Shown here: positions 27,826 to 36,691 of the stretch, one piece after another | Layout: every line of letters begins with the position of its first letter | Numbering within the stretch: the first letter of the stretch is position 1 | Notes under the pieces: generated by a model | Told to the model about the DNA's origin: nothing | What the model saw: only the letters and a program-made list of their open reading frames with translations | The model's database searches: none | NCBI GenBank assembly: GCA_964371255.1 | Contig: CAYJKV010000003.1 | Span: forward strand, 8,458-72,457 | DNA: 64,000 nucleotides | Source of the DNA: an uncultured Candidatus Saccharibacteria bacterium | Lineage (GTDB): Bacteria; Patescibacteriota; Andersenbacteria; UBA10190 | Direction: 5' to 3' | Made by a program: the position numbers and the translations under genes

Positions 27826-28527
27826 ATGATTATTAGCCGATTTCGTCGTCGCGAAAACAAGCTGCAGCCGCCTATCCCGTCCCAGCCCCAGTCCCCGCCA
27901 GCTACAGATCAATGGAGAAAAAATCACCCTAACGAACCTCTTCGTCAGGCTGCTGAAAAACGCATCGGAACAAGTCAGACGGACCCTCGTTGGCAACATG
28001 AAGCAAAAGAAATGCGGGCCACTCATGACTTGGATGAGGTTGATGATGATGTCGAAAAAGCTGCCACTTTGCTTGAATGGCGGGCGCTGGAACACGAACA
28101 TCGTCCCAAAAGTACTGTCTGGTTCGCGGTCTTGGCTGGCGGAACAACTGCCATCGTCGGCATTATGTTGTTTATTTTTACCAACATCATAGGTGCGATT
28201 ACTGTCGGCCTAATTGGGGGATTAATGTACTACATAGCCCAACAAAAACCGAATGTTACTCGCTATCGGATTATGCTAGATGGCATTGCTTTAAATAATA
28301 TTCTCTACCACTGGGAAGACTTAGCCGCCTTTAATGTTATCTATGAGCCGGGCGAAACCAAGACTGTGATTTTTCGCAGTGCTAAACGTTTTTCACCTTA
28401 CCTGCACATGGAAATAGGGGACGCTGACCCCATAGCTATCCGCGAGATTTTAATGGAATTCGTCACCGAAGATCAGAGCATTGAGGAGCCCATCGCCGAT
28501 ATCATCGCGCGCCGTCTCGGGTTTTAA
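27826..28527 (+). CDS. hypothetical membrane protein (2 TM helices plus possible bacterial PH-like C-terminal domain)
   Basis: TM helices VWFAVLAGGTTAIVGIMLFIF and IIGAITVGLIGGLMYYI. No recognisable catalytic motif. Confidence 0.45.
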   Translation: MIISRFRRRENKLQPPIPSQPQSPPATDQWRKNHPNEPLRQAAEKRIGTSQTDPRWQHEAKEMRATHDLDEVDDDVEKAATLLEWRALEHEHRPKSTVWFAVLAGGTTAIVGIMLFIFTNIIGAITVGLIGGLMYYIAQQKPNVTRYRIMLDGIALNNILYHWEDLAAFNVIYEPGETKTVIFRSAKRFSPYLHMEIGDADPIAIREILMEFVTEDQSIEEPIADIIARRLGF

Positions 28528-28731
28528 AACCAAAAGCTGCAAGATAAAACGACGGATAAAAACCGCCGTTATTTATTTGGGCGGGCCACTAGAGTTAAGT
28601 GCCACCACAGTATGGTATGTTGAGGCCTTTTTCAAGCATTAGTTTGGGCTTGGATTTGAGGCACTCGAGTCGCTATCTAATTTCCGAACTGTTACAAATG
28701 TTACGTTTTTTGGGTTTTGGAGTGTAACATT

Positions 28732-29232
28732 TTATATGATCCGAGTCTCCATTAATTGAATAGTCAGAGCCTGCTCACTCACACGATAGAGCTTTGATAA
28801 CTCTTTTAAATTTCGGGTTTTCTTAAAATCATTTTTAATAAAATCTGTTGGCATAAGCAGTTCGCTTGCAAAAACATTAGCCTCGCGCTCGTTATGAGAC
28901 CCACCACCCTCACTGTTACAGGTATGGCCAAGTAATAGGTGTCCTATCTCATGAGCAATAGTGAAGCGACGTCGATACCAAGGATGACTGGCATTAAAGC
29001 CAATCGTTACGTACTCTTCATCAACTTCCTTGCAGACCACTAGCAACCCGGACACCCTCTCTCCTGCGTCGGGTATATGCTGAACTGCAATTGACCGCGT
29101 AGACTGCAGATACTCAATAACTCGTTGCAAGGAAACAGGAGCCTTGTTCACCGCAACATCTTTTAGAAGTCGTGCCGCGAGGGTCTTAGCAAACTTTTTT
29201 CTGGGACCCAGATTAGGAAGATCGCTTTCCAT
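28732..29232 (-). CDS. ImmA/IrrE-family zinc metallopeptidase
   Basis: HEXXH motif FTIAHEIGHLLLGH in a 160-180-aa protein. It overlaps the 3' end of the upstream XRE gene. The start at MESDL is chosen and a longer version is possible. Confidence 0.7.
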   Translation of the reverse strand: MESDLPNLGPRKKFAKTLAARLLKDVAVNKAPVSLQRVIEYLQSTRSIAVQHIPDAGERVSGLLVVCKEVDEEYVTIGFNASHPWYRRRFTIAHEIGHLLLGHTCNSEGGGSHNEREANVFASELLMPTDFIKNDFKKTRNLKELSKLYRVSEQALTIQLMETRII

Positions 29233-29557
29233 GCTTCTTTTTAGCCATTTCAATAAAATGCAATATGGCATACTTATCTTCGTCGCTTAAATCCTTATCA
29301 GTCCGTAATGCAATTCGCACGTCGACAGGAGCGTCTTCGTCTTGTCCTAGAAAATACTTCGTATCCCTGTGCAAAACTTCGGCAAGTTTAGGCAAAATAC
29401 CCGACGGCACCCGTCGCTCACCACTTTCAATAAGCGAGATCGCAGTAGCAGATTGAAAGCCTACAATTTTAGCTAATTTGAGCTGGGAAAGCCCCCTAGC
29501 CTCACGGGCGGCCTTGATGCGGTCTCCAATACCCCCCTTGTTTTGTTCATTTTTCAT
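29213..29557 (-). CDS. XRE-family helix-turn-helix transcriptional repressor (ImmR/DdrO-like)
   Basis: HTH RIKAAREARGLSQLKLAKIVGFQSATAISLIESGERRVP. It pairs with the downstream ImmA/IrrE gene. ATG 29557 is taken as the start. Confidence 0.7.
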   Translation of the reverse strand: MKNEQNKGGIGDRIKAAREARGLSQLKLAKIVGFQSATAISLIESGERRVPSGILPKLAEVLHRDTKYFLGQDEDAPVDVRIALRTDKDLSDEDKYAILHFIEMAKKKHGKRSS

Positions 29558-29574
29558 ATTGTAACTATAGTATT

Positions 29575-29614
29575 TGCACTTTGATTTGACAAGTGCATTT
29601 ACGTTTTGATAAAT
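29575..29614 (+). promoter_or_regulatory. divergent promoter/operator: palindrome TGCACT-N11-AGTGCA overlapping a TTGACA-17-ATAAAT promoter
   Basis: -35 TTGACA at 29586-29591, a 17-nt spacer, and -10 ATAAAT at 29609-29614, reading toward the GIY-YIG gene. Inverted repeat arms lie at 29575-29580 and 29592-29597. The XRE gene diverges from this region. Confidence 0.5.
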
Positions 29615-29692
29615 TGTGTATAGCAAAGTGAAAGCCGATAGGTCGACGGTGTTCAGCTTTGTCACTTAATTAACAATAGGTAAAAAATCACT

Positions 29693-29998
29693 ATGATCAA
29701 TAAGTACCAAGGAAACTATCCCTATAGTAAAGCAATTGTCAGCGGCTGGAATTCGGTCGCAACAGGTGTCTACTATTGCGGCTCCCTGTCTAATGGTGCC
29801 TTAACGGCACTCTATATAGGGAAGGCAGTTGCTGACGGAGGCATACGCAACCGACTTCTTCAGCACCTGCAAAGCGACAACTGGCCAGGCGTTACTCACT
29901 TTGGGTATCGCACCTGCACCACAGCCCAAGAAGCGGAAAACCTTGAGGCAAGTGAAATCAAGCGCTGTCAGCCAAGGTATAACACACAGGGGAAATGA
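29693..29998 (+). CDS. GIY-YIG nuclease-domain protein (small, stand-alone)
   Basis: GVYY...LYIGKA...RLLQHL...EAENLEASEIKRCQPRYN fits GIY-YIG motifs (GIY, YIG, R, H, E...N). Confidence 0.6.
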   Translation: MINKYQGNYPYSKAIVSGWNSVATGVYYCGSLSNGALTALYIGKAVADGGIRNRLLQHLQSDNWPGVTHFGYRTCTTAQEAENLEASEIKRCQPRYNTQGK

Positions 29999-30031
29999 TA
30001 CGGAAAATCCGTAAAATTAAGCTGAGGCGTA

Positions 30032-30058
30032 AAAGGAGTTAGCAATGCTAGCTCCTTT
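30032..30058. terminator. bidirectional hairpin between convergent GIY-YIG and dinD genes
   Basis: AAAGGAGTTAGCAATGCTAGCTCCTTT has a nested stem (AAAGGAG/CTCCTTT and TAGCA/TGCTA). Confidence 0.45.
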
Positions 30059-30256
30059 ACTATTACCATAAATATATGTCCGCCAAAGAAAAAAATAAGT
30101 ACATATACACCACCGACTATTACCGCATGCGGAAGCTGGTCAAAAATAAGCGTTTCAAGTAAAGACGGCACCAATGAAGAAAAGCGCGAATTAATGGGAT
30201 GCTTTAACTCGAAAATTACGGTCACGAAAAAAGTAGTAGCAATCAGCAAGTAGCTT

Positions 30257-31096
30257 CTACTTCTTTAGTTTTTTTATTTTGTCTAATTGGCCGACTTTTT
30301 TAATCCTTCTTTCGAGTTTTTTTATATCCTCTTCTGGCGGTAAATGTTCCGGATAGATCCCTTCGTCGGTTAACACCTCGCGCACACTGGTATTATGCGA
30401 TTCGTGGGTATGCATTATCTGATTTCCACTCTTTAAGCCTTTTTCCTTAGTCTTAAAAGTTGTCATTTCAGCAGCCAAGTCTTTTGCTTTAATGGTGATT
30501 GTCGGCAGAAAATCAGCTATGGGTCGATTACCCCTGATTCCCAGCTTATCTTTCATTTGCTTTGTCGTTCTACCTCCAAACAATGCCTTGTCGCCAGCAG
30601 ACTTGATAATAGCCAAGCCTCTTCCATCTATACCCCTTTCAAACAAGACGCCAGCAAATTCCTTTTCCGTTTGGGATAACTTTTGTCTTGCTAATAAACG
30701 CTCCAGCGCCCCCATTCGTTCTTGCTGTACTTCTTGTTTTCTGGTCTGAAAAGCAAAATATGTCTGTGCAAGAGCTATTTCTTGATTACTTCGTGGATCG
30801 CCGTTTTGTGCAATTAAGTAGCATGCATATCTTGTTAGTGCGATATCATACACGCCCGTAGCTTGCCTATTGATAGAAATTTGACTTGTTACACGGTGAA
30901 AATGGTCTTCTACCTTAAAGCCACTACGAGCACAGGCCGCTTTTGCTCGATCGATCAGTACAGAAAATTCCGTCCAGTTGGTATATCCTAGAGCTTCCAT
31001 AAAAGCACTGGCAAACCAAAACTCTTCATTATTGGCGTTTACCTGCCTAATTGCTTCAAATTTTTTACCGGCAATACTAAGCTTTAAATCTTCCAT
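30257..31096 (-). CDS. dinD: DNA-damage-inducible protein D family (DinD-like)
   Basis: EEFWFASAFMEALGY...LTRYACYLIAQNGDP...ALAQTYFAFQ parallels E. coli DinD (QEFWSARELAPLLDY...LSRYACYLVVQNGDP...AAQTYFAIQ). Confidence 0.65.
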   Translation of the reverse strand: MEDLKLSIAGKKFEAIRQVNANNEEFWFASAFMEALGYTNWTEFSVLIDRAKAACARSGFKVEDHFHRVTSQISINRQATGVYDIALTRYACYLIAQNGDPRSNQEIALAQTYFAFQTRKQEVQQERMGALERLLARQKLSQTEKEFAGVLFERGIDGRGLAIIKSAGDKALFGGRTTKQMKDKLGIRGNRPIADFLPTITIKAKDLAAEMTTFKTKEKGLKSGNQIMHTHESHNTSVREVLTDEGIYPEHLPPEEDIKKLERRIKKVGQLDKIKKLKK

Positions 31097-31189
31097 AGTC
31101 CATCTATGTTACATTTGTTGTTCGGCGTCGACAAGTCATATTGCCGTGCAGTCTAGGCACTCGCGTCACCCGATACTTAATATTTAAGG

Positions 31190-31279
31190 CGGAGAGGGTG
31201 GGATTCGAACCCACGGACCGGTTTTACCCAGTCAACGGTTTAGCAAACCGCTCTATTCGGCCACTCTAGCACCTCTCCC
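31190..31279 (-). tRNA. tRNA-Ser (anticodon GCT)
   Basis: Acceptor GGAGAGG/CCTCTCC, long variable arm, anticodon loop TGCTAAA and T-arm GTGGGTTCGAATCCCAC. Confidence 0.8.
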
Positions 31280-31384
31280 AGTAATGCATTATTACCTAAA
31301 TTTGCCTCTTATGTAAAATATTAGTATAAAGTCTGCACAGACGCATTCGTATTTATAGCTCTTTAGAAACTACTATATATTAAG

Positions 31385-31456
31385 CACCCGTAGCTCAATT
31401 GGCAGAGCAGATCCCTCTTAAGGATACGGCTGAAGGTTCAAGTCCTTCCGGGTGCA
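31385..31456 (+). tRNA. tRNA-Lys (anticodon CTT)
   Basis: Acceptor GCACCCG/CGGGTGC, D-arm GCTCAATTGGCAGAGC, anticodon loop CTCTTAA and T-arm GAAGGTTCAAGTCCTTC. Confidence 0.8.
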
Positions 31457-31517
31457 CAATAGACAATAGAGTGAAGCGACTTCCCCAACAACTTAAGATG
31501 AGATATAAAGGGTACAC

Positions 31518-31604
31518 GGAGAGATCGCATAGCGGCCGAGTGCGCGTGCTTGGAAAGCACGTAGGGCTTCACCGCCCTCGAGGGTTCGAATCCCTCTCTC
31601 TCCG
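31518..31604 (+). tRNA. tRNA-Ser (anticodon GGA)
   Basis: Acceptor GGAGAGA/TCTCTCC, anticodon stem-loop CGTGC-TTGGAAA-GCACG, long variable arm and T-arm GAGGGTTCGAATCCCTC. Confidence 0.8.
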
Positions 31605-31765
31605 CAGCAAAAAGAATTTTTGCGAGGAAGAGCGAGCGAATGACATTGAGTCATTCGCGTTGGGATGAGAAGGCCGGAGCAATGTGCGAGTTTGCCCATC
31701 AAGGCAAGGCGAGCACTGCGAGGCCAGGCCCGGAAGAAATTCCCGTCAGGGAATTTACTGTAGGG

Positions 31766-31783
31766 GAATCCCTCTCTCTCCGC
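31766..31783 (+). repeat. 18-bp direct repeat of the tRNA-Ser(GGA) 3' end (GAATCCCTCTCTCTCCGC), an att-like remnant
   Basis: Identical to 31588-31605 inside the tRNA. The intervening 160 bp carries two perfect hairpins (GCGAATGAC/GTCATTCGC and AAATTCCC/GGGAATTT). Confidence 0.6.
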
Positions 31784-31830
31784 CAAGACAAGTTTTATCG
31801 CGCAACCCATGGGTAACATACTAATAAAAT

Positions 31831-32664
31831 ATGAAGCGCTATCGTATTTTGAACATTGATTTTGATTCCAGGGCAATACTATTGTCTCAAAAAATTGGAG
31901 ATCATTGGGAAGAGCAAGTTAAAAATCTCTATCGTGAGAACAAAGAAAAGACTAGCGCTGGTCTCATTGAAGAGTTTGGGGAGTTCCGGTTTGAAGATAA
32001 GCTTAAGAATTTCTTAGATCTTGGCCCTAAGCCTTTCTCTATCATTGCATTTCACAACAAATTCTTTGAGCAATGCCGTAGAGCCTTTATTGTTGAAGCA
32101 TATTATTCAGCTCTTACAGGTGCATGTGCTCTAGGTGAAAGAATATTAAATCATTTGATTTTAGCGCTTCGTGATGATTTTAAGTCTACACCTGAGTACA
32201 AGCATGTATACCGCAATGAGTCATTCGATGATTGGAATCGGGCTATTACCACGCTTGAAACATGGAATGTTTTGTTATTATCAACAGCAAAGAAGTTTCG
32301 AGAACTTGCCGATGTTAGACACAGAGAAGCACTTCATTTCAATTCAGAAATAGAAAGCAATGATCGGGAAATTGCATTAAAAGCATTAAAACTATTAGAA
32401 AGTATAATATTAAACCAGTTTGCTGCTTGGGGAAGTTTGCCTTGGATTTTTATCATTCCGGGGCAGGCTTACATAAAGAGGCAGTATGAAGTAGATCCTT
32501 TTGTGCGAAAGGTGTATTTGCCAAACTGTGTATATGTTGGCCCCTTTCATAAAGTTAAAGAGATAACGCCAGAGGGTCACTGGATAATTCAGGATCAGGA
32601 ATATGAAGATCGGGAAATTACGGACGAGGAATTTTCTAGATTACAAACTCAAGGAAAAATTTAG
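31831..32664 (+). CDS. hypothetical protein, AT-rich (~36% GC), with Rx5H (HEPN-like) motif
   Basis: A 277-aa ORF immediately downstream of the tRNA cluster and att-like repeat. Motif ADVRHREALHF. Composition differs from its neighbours. It is followed by a hairpin terminator. Confidence 0.5.
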   Translation: MKRYRILNIDFDSRAILLSQKIGDHWEEQVKNLYRENKEKTSAGLIEEFGEFRFEDKLKNFLDLGPKPFSIIAFHNKFFEQCRRAFIVEAYYSALTGACALGERILNHLILALRDDFKSTPEYKHVYRNESFDDWNRAITTLETWNVLLLSTAKKFRELADVRHREALHFNSEIESNDREIALKALKLLESIILNQFAAWGSLPWIFIIPGQAYIKRQYEVDPFVRKVYLPNCVYVGPFHKVKEITPEGHWIIQDQEYEDREITDEEFSRLQTQGKI

Positions 32665-32777
32665 CAACAATGACCCAACCTACCTACATCAATTTGTGTT
32701 TCGAATTGACCTTCAATAAAAGCCTCAACACACGGAAAGGTGTGGGTACCTAACCCAAGTGGCCCGCATCTAATATA

Positions 32778-32803
32778 AAACCGGCATCAGCCGGTATTTT
32801 ATT
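32778..32803 (+). terminator. intrinsic terminator after the 277-aa gene
   Basis: AAACCGGCATCAGCCGGTATTTTATT. Confidence 0.6.
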
Positions 32804-32991
32804 AGATATGATACTAGTGGGATTCGAAGGGTATTCTAAAAACGTAAAATTGATTTACGTTTTTAGAAACCCTATCTGCGAAGGAGGAGCCAAACCTCAA
32901 GCGAAGCGAGTGCGAGGCGATGGGTGAGCAGGAAGCCCTCTCTTTGCAATAATAAGAGAGGCTGACCTTGCCTCCGCTGCTTTTAATTTTA

Positions 32992-33714
32992 TTACCCCCG
33001 CAACACCGTTAAGCCCCACACTTCCTTTGTCCCGCCGTCCCACAGCAGATTAGCCACGGCACTCAAGGTCGATCCGGAGGTAGTCACGTCATCTATCACG
33101 ATATAACGCTCAGCCGCCAGTATATCTTTATCAACTAAAGCAAAGGCATCTCGCACGTTGTTCACCCTCATTTCTGAGGGCAGCATCGCCTGCGTCCACG
33201 TCTTCTTACTGCGCTGAACAATTGGCCACATTGGCAAGCCCAGCCATTGACTCAGCTCTTTGGCTAATACTTCGCTTTGATTAAATCCTCTTTGCCGCAG
33301 CCGTGAGCGGTGCAGGGGAACAGGCACCAGCGTCGTTGCTCGCCTGAGCTCAACCAGGGGAGCGATGGTTGTAATTCTGGCCGCCATCAAATAAGCCAGA
33401 GTTGGCGCCACCCCGGTAATACTCTTAAACTTCAGCCAGTGTACCCCCCGTCTCAGTAAATTAGATCCATATAACCCAACGCTCACCACACCCGTTAAAG
33501 CAATTTTTCTACGGCAGTCTTTACACACTCTGCCTTGCGGCTGGACTTTGCCGCACCCCACACAAATCAGTGGTGCAAAACTTACCTCTCTCTGACAAGT
33601 ACTGCATAGCCACTCTCCTTCGCCCAGACAACCCATACACCGCACTGGCGCCAACATGTCTGTTAGACTGTTGCCTATATCCCGGACAAACTTTTGAGAA
33701 TCTTTAAGCCTCAT
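32992..33714 (-). CDS. comFC: ComF-family protein (double zinc ribbon plus phosphoribosyltransferase domain)
   Basis: N-terminal CMGCLGEGEWLCSTC...CVGCGK...CKDC and C-terminal PRTase motif RYIVIDDVTTSGSTL. Confidence 0.7.
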   Translation of the reverse strand: MRLKDSQKFVRDIGNSLTDMLAPVRCMGCLGEGEWLCSTCQREVSFAPLICVGCGKVQPQGRVCKDCRRKIALTGVVSVGLYGSNLLRRGVHWLKFKSITGVAPTLAYLMAARITTIAPLVELRRATTLVPVPLHRSRLRQRGFNQSEVLAKELSQWLGLPMWPIVQRSKKTWTQAMLPSEMRVNNVRDAFALVDKDILAAERYIVIDDVTTSGSTLSAVANLLWDGGTKEVWGLTVLRG

Positions 33715-33807
33715 TCATGCACAAACCACCATCACTTTTGCCATAGTTTTATTGGTATTCTTTTCTGGACACTGCTGCAGTACCCGGGACCGCTAACTTA
33801 ATTAGAA

Positions 33808-36366
33808 TTATTTCTTCTTGATCGAATCAATCGGTACAACTTTGATCTGTCCGCCGGTCTTTTTTGCCAAAACGCTATGCCCTTCCGACAATTCTTCTGC
33901 CACCACTGAGCTGGCGATTGGATCCTCTAGCAGTTCCTGAATAATTCGCCTGATCGGTCTGGCTCCCGCTCCTTCTCGAAAGGCTTTCTCGGCAATCTCG
34001 TCCCGCACACCTTTAGATACTTCCAGCGTGATTTGTTTACCCTGCAATCGTTTTTGTAGTTCCTGTACCTGTAAGTCAGTAATCGCCTGCAAGTCATTTT
34101 GTTGCAGCGGTGAGTACACAATCACTTGATCAATGCGCCCCAATAGTTCCGGTGCCATCTTGTTACGCAACTCTTTCAACACTGTATCTTTCAATTCGTC
34201 ATACCTGGACTGGACGGTCTCTTTCATGCCGCTTTCTTCTTTTAAAGCAAATCCCATGCGGGCCTGTTGCGACAGCTCATGCGACCCGATATTGCTTGTC
34301 ATAATCACGATCGTGTTACGGAAGTTCACGTGCTTGCCGTGTTGATCCGTCAACTCACCTTCATCTAATATCTGCAGCAGGATATTAGTCACATCCGAGT
34401 GGGCTTTCTCGATCTCATCGAACAATACAATCGAATATGGCTGGCGCCTGACCTGTTCCGTCAATTTACCACCCTCCTCATACCCGATATAACCAGCGGG
34501 CGCACCGATTAATCTGGCTACGGAATGCGCTTCCATAAACTCCGACATATCCACGCGGATTAAGGCTGATTCATCCTCAAAGACTTCCCGCGCTAAAACT
34601 TTGGCCGTTTCCGTCTTACCAACTCCCGTGGGACCTAAGAAGATGAAAGAGCCAAGCGGCCTGTTCGGGCTGGCAATACCCGCTCGACTGCGTCGGACAT
34701 ACCGCGCTAAAGATTTAATGGCTTCCTCCTGGCCGATAATATGCCGGCGCAAAATATCCTCCAGATTTGTGAGCTTCTTAAGCTCTGATTTCAATAGTCT
34801 TGTCACCGGCACCCCAGTGCTTTCCGCCACTATGTTGGCAATGTGCTCTCTGGTTATCTCCGGCCGCTGGTTGCCTTTTTTAGCGCTCATCTTGCGTGTG
34901 TAAGCCGCCAGTTTTTCATTCAACAGATCCTCTTCGCGCTTAACCAATAGTGCTTCCTCGTAGTTTTCCGCTTCAATCGCTTTTTCCTTCTTTTCCTGCA
35001 AATGATCCAATTGTTTTTTTAGTTGATTGGCACCCTGCGCCTCATCCGTACCAGCCAGTTTCAGCTGCAAAGTCGAAGCGGCTTCGTCCAGCAAATCAAA
35101 AGCTTTATCCGGCAAGAAACGATCGGGTACATAGCGGACACTCATCTCTACCGCTGCCTTAATGGCCTCGTCCGTCACTGTTAATCCATGGTGTTGCTCA
35201 TAGGCCTCTCGGGCCCCTTCTAAAATGGCAGTCGTTTCCTCTTGTGTCGGTTCCTTGACCTGTACTGGTTGGAAACGGCGCTCCAGCGCGGAATCTTTTT
35301 CAATATGTTTCCGATATTCATCCATGGTTGTTGCGCCAATCACACTAATCTCTCCCCGGGTCAGTGCCGGCTTAAGCATATTGGCTGCGTCTAAACTGCC
35401 GCCGGCTGATCCAGCCCCCACGATGGTGTGTATTTCATCAATAAACAGCACTGCGTCCTCATCGTTTTCCAATTCTCTCATTAACTCTTTAATACGCTCC
35501 TCAAACTCACCCCGGAAAGTAGTGCCCGCCAGAATACTCGCCATATCTAACACTAAAATCTTTTTATTTTGTAGCTTCGCTGGTACGGCGCCGGCCGCAA
35601 TCCTTTGCGCTAGACCGATCACTATCGCTGTTTTACCTGTCCCCGGATCACCAATCAACAGGGGATTGTTCTTGGTCTTACGGTTTAAAATACTCATCAC
35701 GCGGTCGATTTCCTTGCTTCGTCCGATGACCGGATCGTATTTTCCCTCGGCTGCTGCTTGCGTTAAATTCTGTGTGAAGAAATCAAACGCCGGTGTCTTG
35801 GCCTTCTTGGTTGATGGTTCCTCGTCCAGCATTGGATCTATCGGCCCGCGTTTTTGCAGGGCTGTTTGGGTGGGGCTAACTGACGGCTGCGCTGGTATCC
35901 CTAAAAAATTAGACAGGTCCGGAAAATGCGACGTGCTCTTTAACACAATCTGCACTTGTTGCATCAACGCCTTGGTGTCCACCGTCGACTTCTCTAGAAT
36001 CTTATATGCCGTACAGTCTTTGAGCGACAATATACCGAACAAGATGTGCTCCGTGCCAATATACCGGTGGTGGTACTGAAAAGCTGTTCTTGCCCCTTTT
36101 TCGAAAACTGTTCGGGTATGGGCTGATAGCTCTTCTTGCCAGTGCGCAGTCTTGGCTATTTTATCCAGTTCGCCCCGCACAAACTCAGGCGTCAAACCAA
36201 ACTTCTTTAAAATACTATAAGCCAATGAACCGGCCTCCAGAGTCATTCCATACAAAACATGCTCGGTACCAATTCTGGCCTGTTTCATCTCCTGCGAAGT
36301 TTTAGTAGCGTTCGTTAAGATATTTTTGAGTCGGCTAGTGAGCTTGTCTTGAATTGGATTTTTCAT
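33808..36366 (-). CDS. clpC: ATP-dependent Clp protease ATP-binding subunit (ClpC/ClpB-family AAA+ chaperone)
   Basis: Two Clp-N repeats, two AAA+ modules (Walker A GDPGTGKT and GPTGVGKT) and a short middle domain. 852 aa. Confidence 0.85.
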   Translation of the reverse strand: MKNPIQDKLTSRLKNILTNATKTSQEMKQARIGTEHVLYGMTLEAGSLAYSILKKFGLTPEFVRGELDKIAKTAHWQEELSAHTRTVFEKGARTAFQYHHRYIGTEHILFGILSLKDCTAYKILEKSTVDTKALMQQVQIVLKSTSHFPDLSNFLGIPAQPSVSPTQTALQKRGPIDPMLDEEPSTKKAKTPAFDFFTQNLTQAAAEGKYDPVIGRSKEIDRVMSILNRKTKNNPLLIGDPGTGKTAIVIGLAQRIAAGAVPAKLQNKKILVLDMASILAGTTFRGEFEERIKELMRELENDEDAVLFIDEIHTIVGAGSAGGSLDAANMLKPALTRGEISVIGATTMDEYRKHIEKDSALERRFQPVQVKEPTQEETTAILEGAREAYEQHHGLTVTDEAIKAAVEMSVRYVPDRFLPDKAFDLLDEAASTLQLKLAGTDEAQGANQLKKQLDHLQEKKEKAIEAENYEEALLVKREEDLLNEKLAAYTRKMSAKKGNQRPEITREHIANIVAESTGVPVTRLLKSELKKLTNLEDILRRHIIGQEEAIKSLARYVRRSRAGIASPNRPLGSFIFLGPTGVGKTETAKVLAREVFEDESALIRVDMSEFMEAHSVARLIGAPAGYIGYEEGGKLTEQVRRQPYSIVLFDEIEKAHSDVTNILLQILDEGELTDQHGKHVNFRNTIVIMTSNIGSHELSQQARMGFALKEESGMKETVQSRYDELKDTVLKELRNKMAPELLGRIDQVIVYSPLQQNDLQAITDLQVQELQKRLQGKQITLEVSKGVRDEIAEKAFREGAGARPIRRIIQELLEDPIASSVVAEELSEGHSVLAKKTGGQIKVVPIDSIKKK

Positions 36367-36441
36367 CGAATATTTTTTAATGAATTACCTTCCCAGTATA
36401 GCTGATTATAAAGGCAATTCCACGGAATTACGAATTCAACT

Positions 36442-36686
36442 TAAAACGTAAAAAGCAAAATTAAAAGCAACGGTCTAAAGCTAAAAATAACCACTCAATT
36501 AAGCCCGTATTCAAAAATTGCATTTAACAATCTGTATATTATGAACATGTTATTTTCGCTAATTTTTATCCGTAGTCGCGTTTCTAATTTGAGATTTTTA
36601 GATTTCTAATTTGTTTCGGATTTCCAGATTTCGAATTTCGGATTTTAAAGTATCCCTTTGCTTTTTTCTCTTTACGTTTTACGTTC
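36442..36686. repeat. A-rich inverted-repeat pair of the GCGTAAAA family flanking the clpC/recX divergent promoter region
   Basis: Left arm TTAAAACGTAAAAAGCAAAAT (36442-36472). Right arm CTTTACGTTTTACGTTCTAA (36655-36686), which is its approximate reverse complement. Related pairs lie at 38659-38779 and 49805-49945. Confidence 0.5.
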
Positions 36687-36691
36687 TAATC

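Noticed and set aside
31097-31189. A second copy of the ImmA/XRE operator upstream of dinD
   Set aside because: Only a loose GTGCAGTCTAGGCAC palindrome is present. The half-sites do not match TGCACT-N11-AGTGCA well enough to claim a shared operator.
31399-31876. ORFs 31399-31668 (+) and 31493-31876 (-) of 89 and 127 aa
   Set aside because: They are made of tRNA-Lys, tRNA-Ser(GGA), the att-like repeat and hairpin sequence. They have no RBS and a conserved-RNA explanation is sufficient.
32800-32990. Possible tmRNA, suggested by the GGGATTCGAAGGG and ...CAATAATAA double-stop elements
   Set aside because: No tRNA-like acceptor/T-arm pairing or 3' CCA context could be built. The presumptive tag reading frame is not Ala-rich. 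The region is better explained as stacked terminator hairpins between convergent genes.
35225-36079. 284-aa plus-strand ORF
   Set aside because: It lies fully antisense within the well-supported clpC gene and has a Ser/Ala-rich composition typical of antisense frames of GC-moderate genes.
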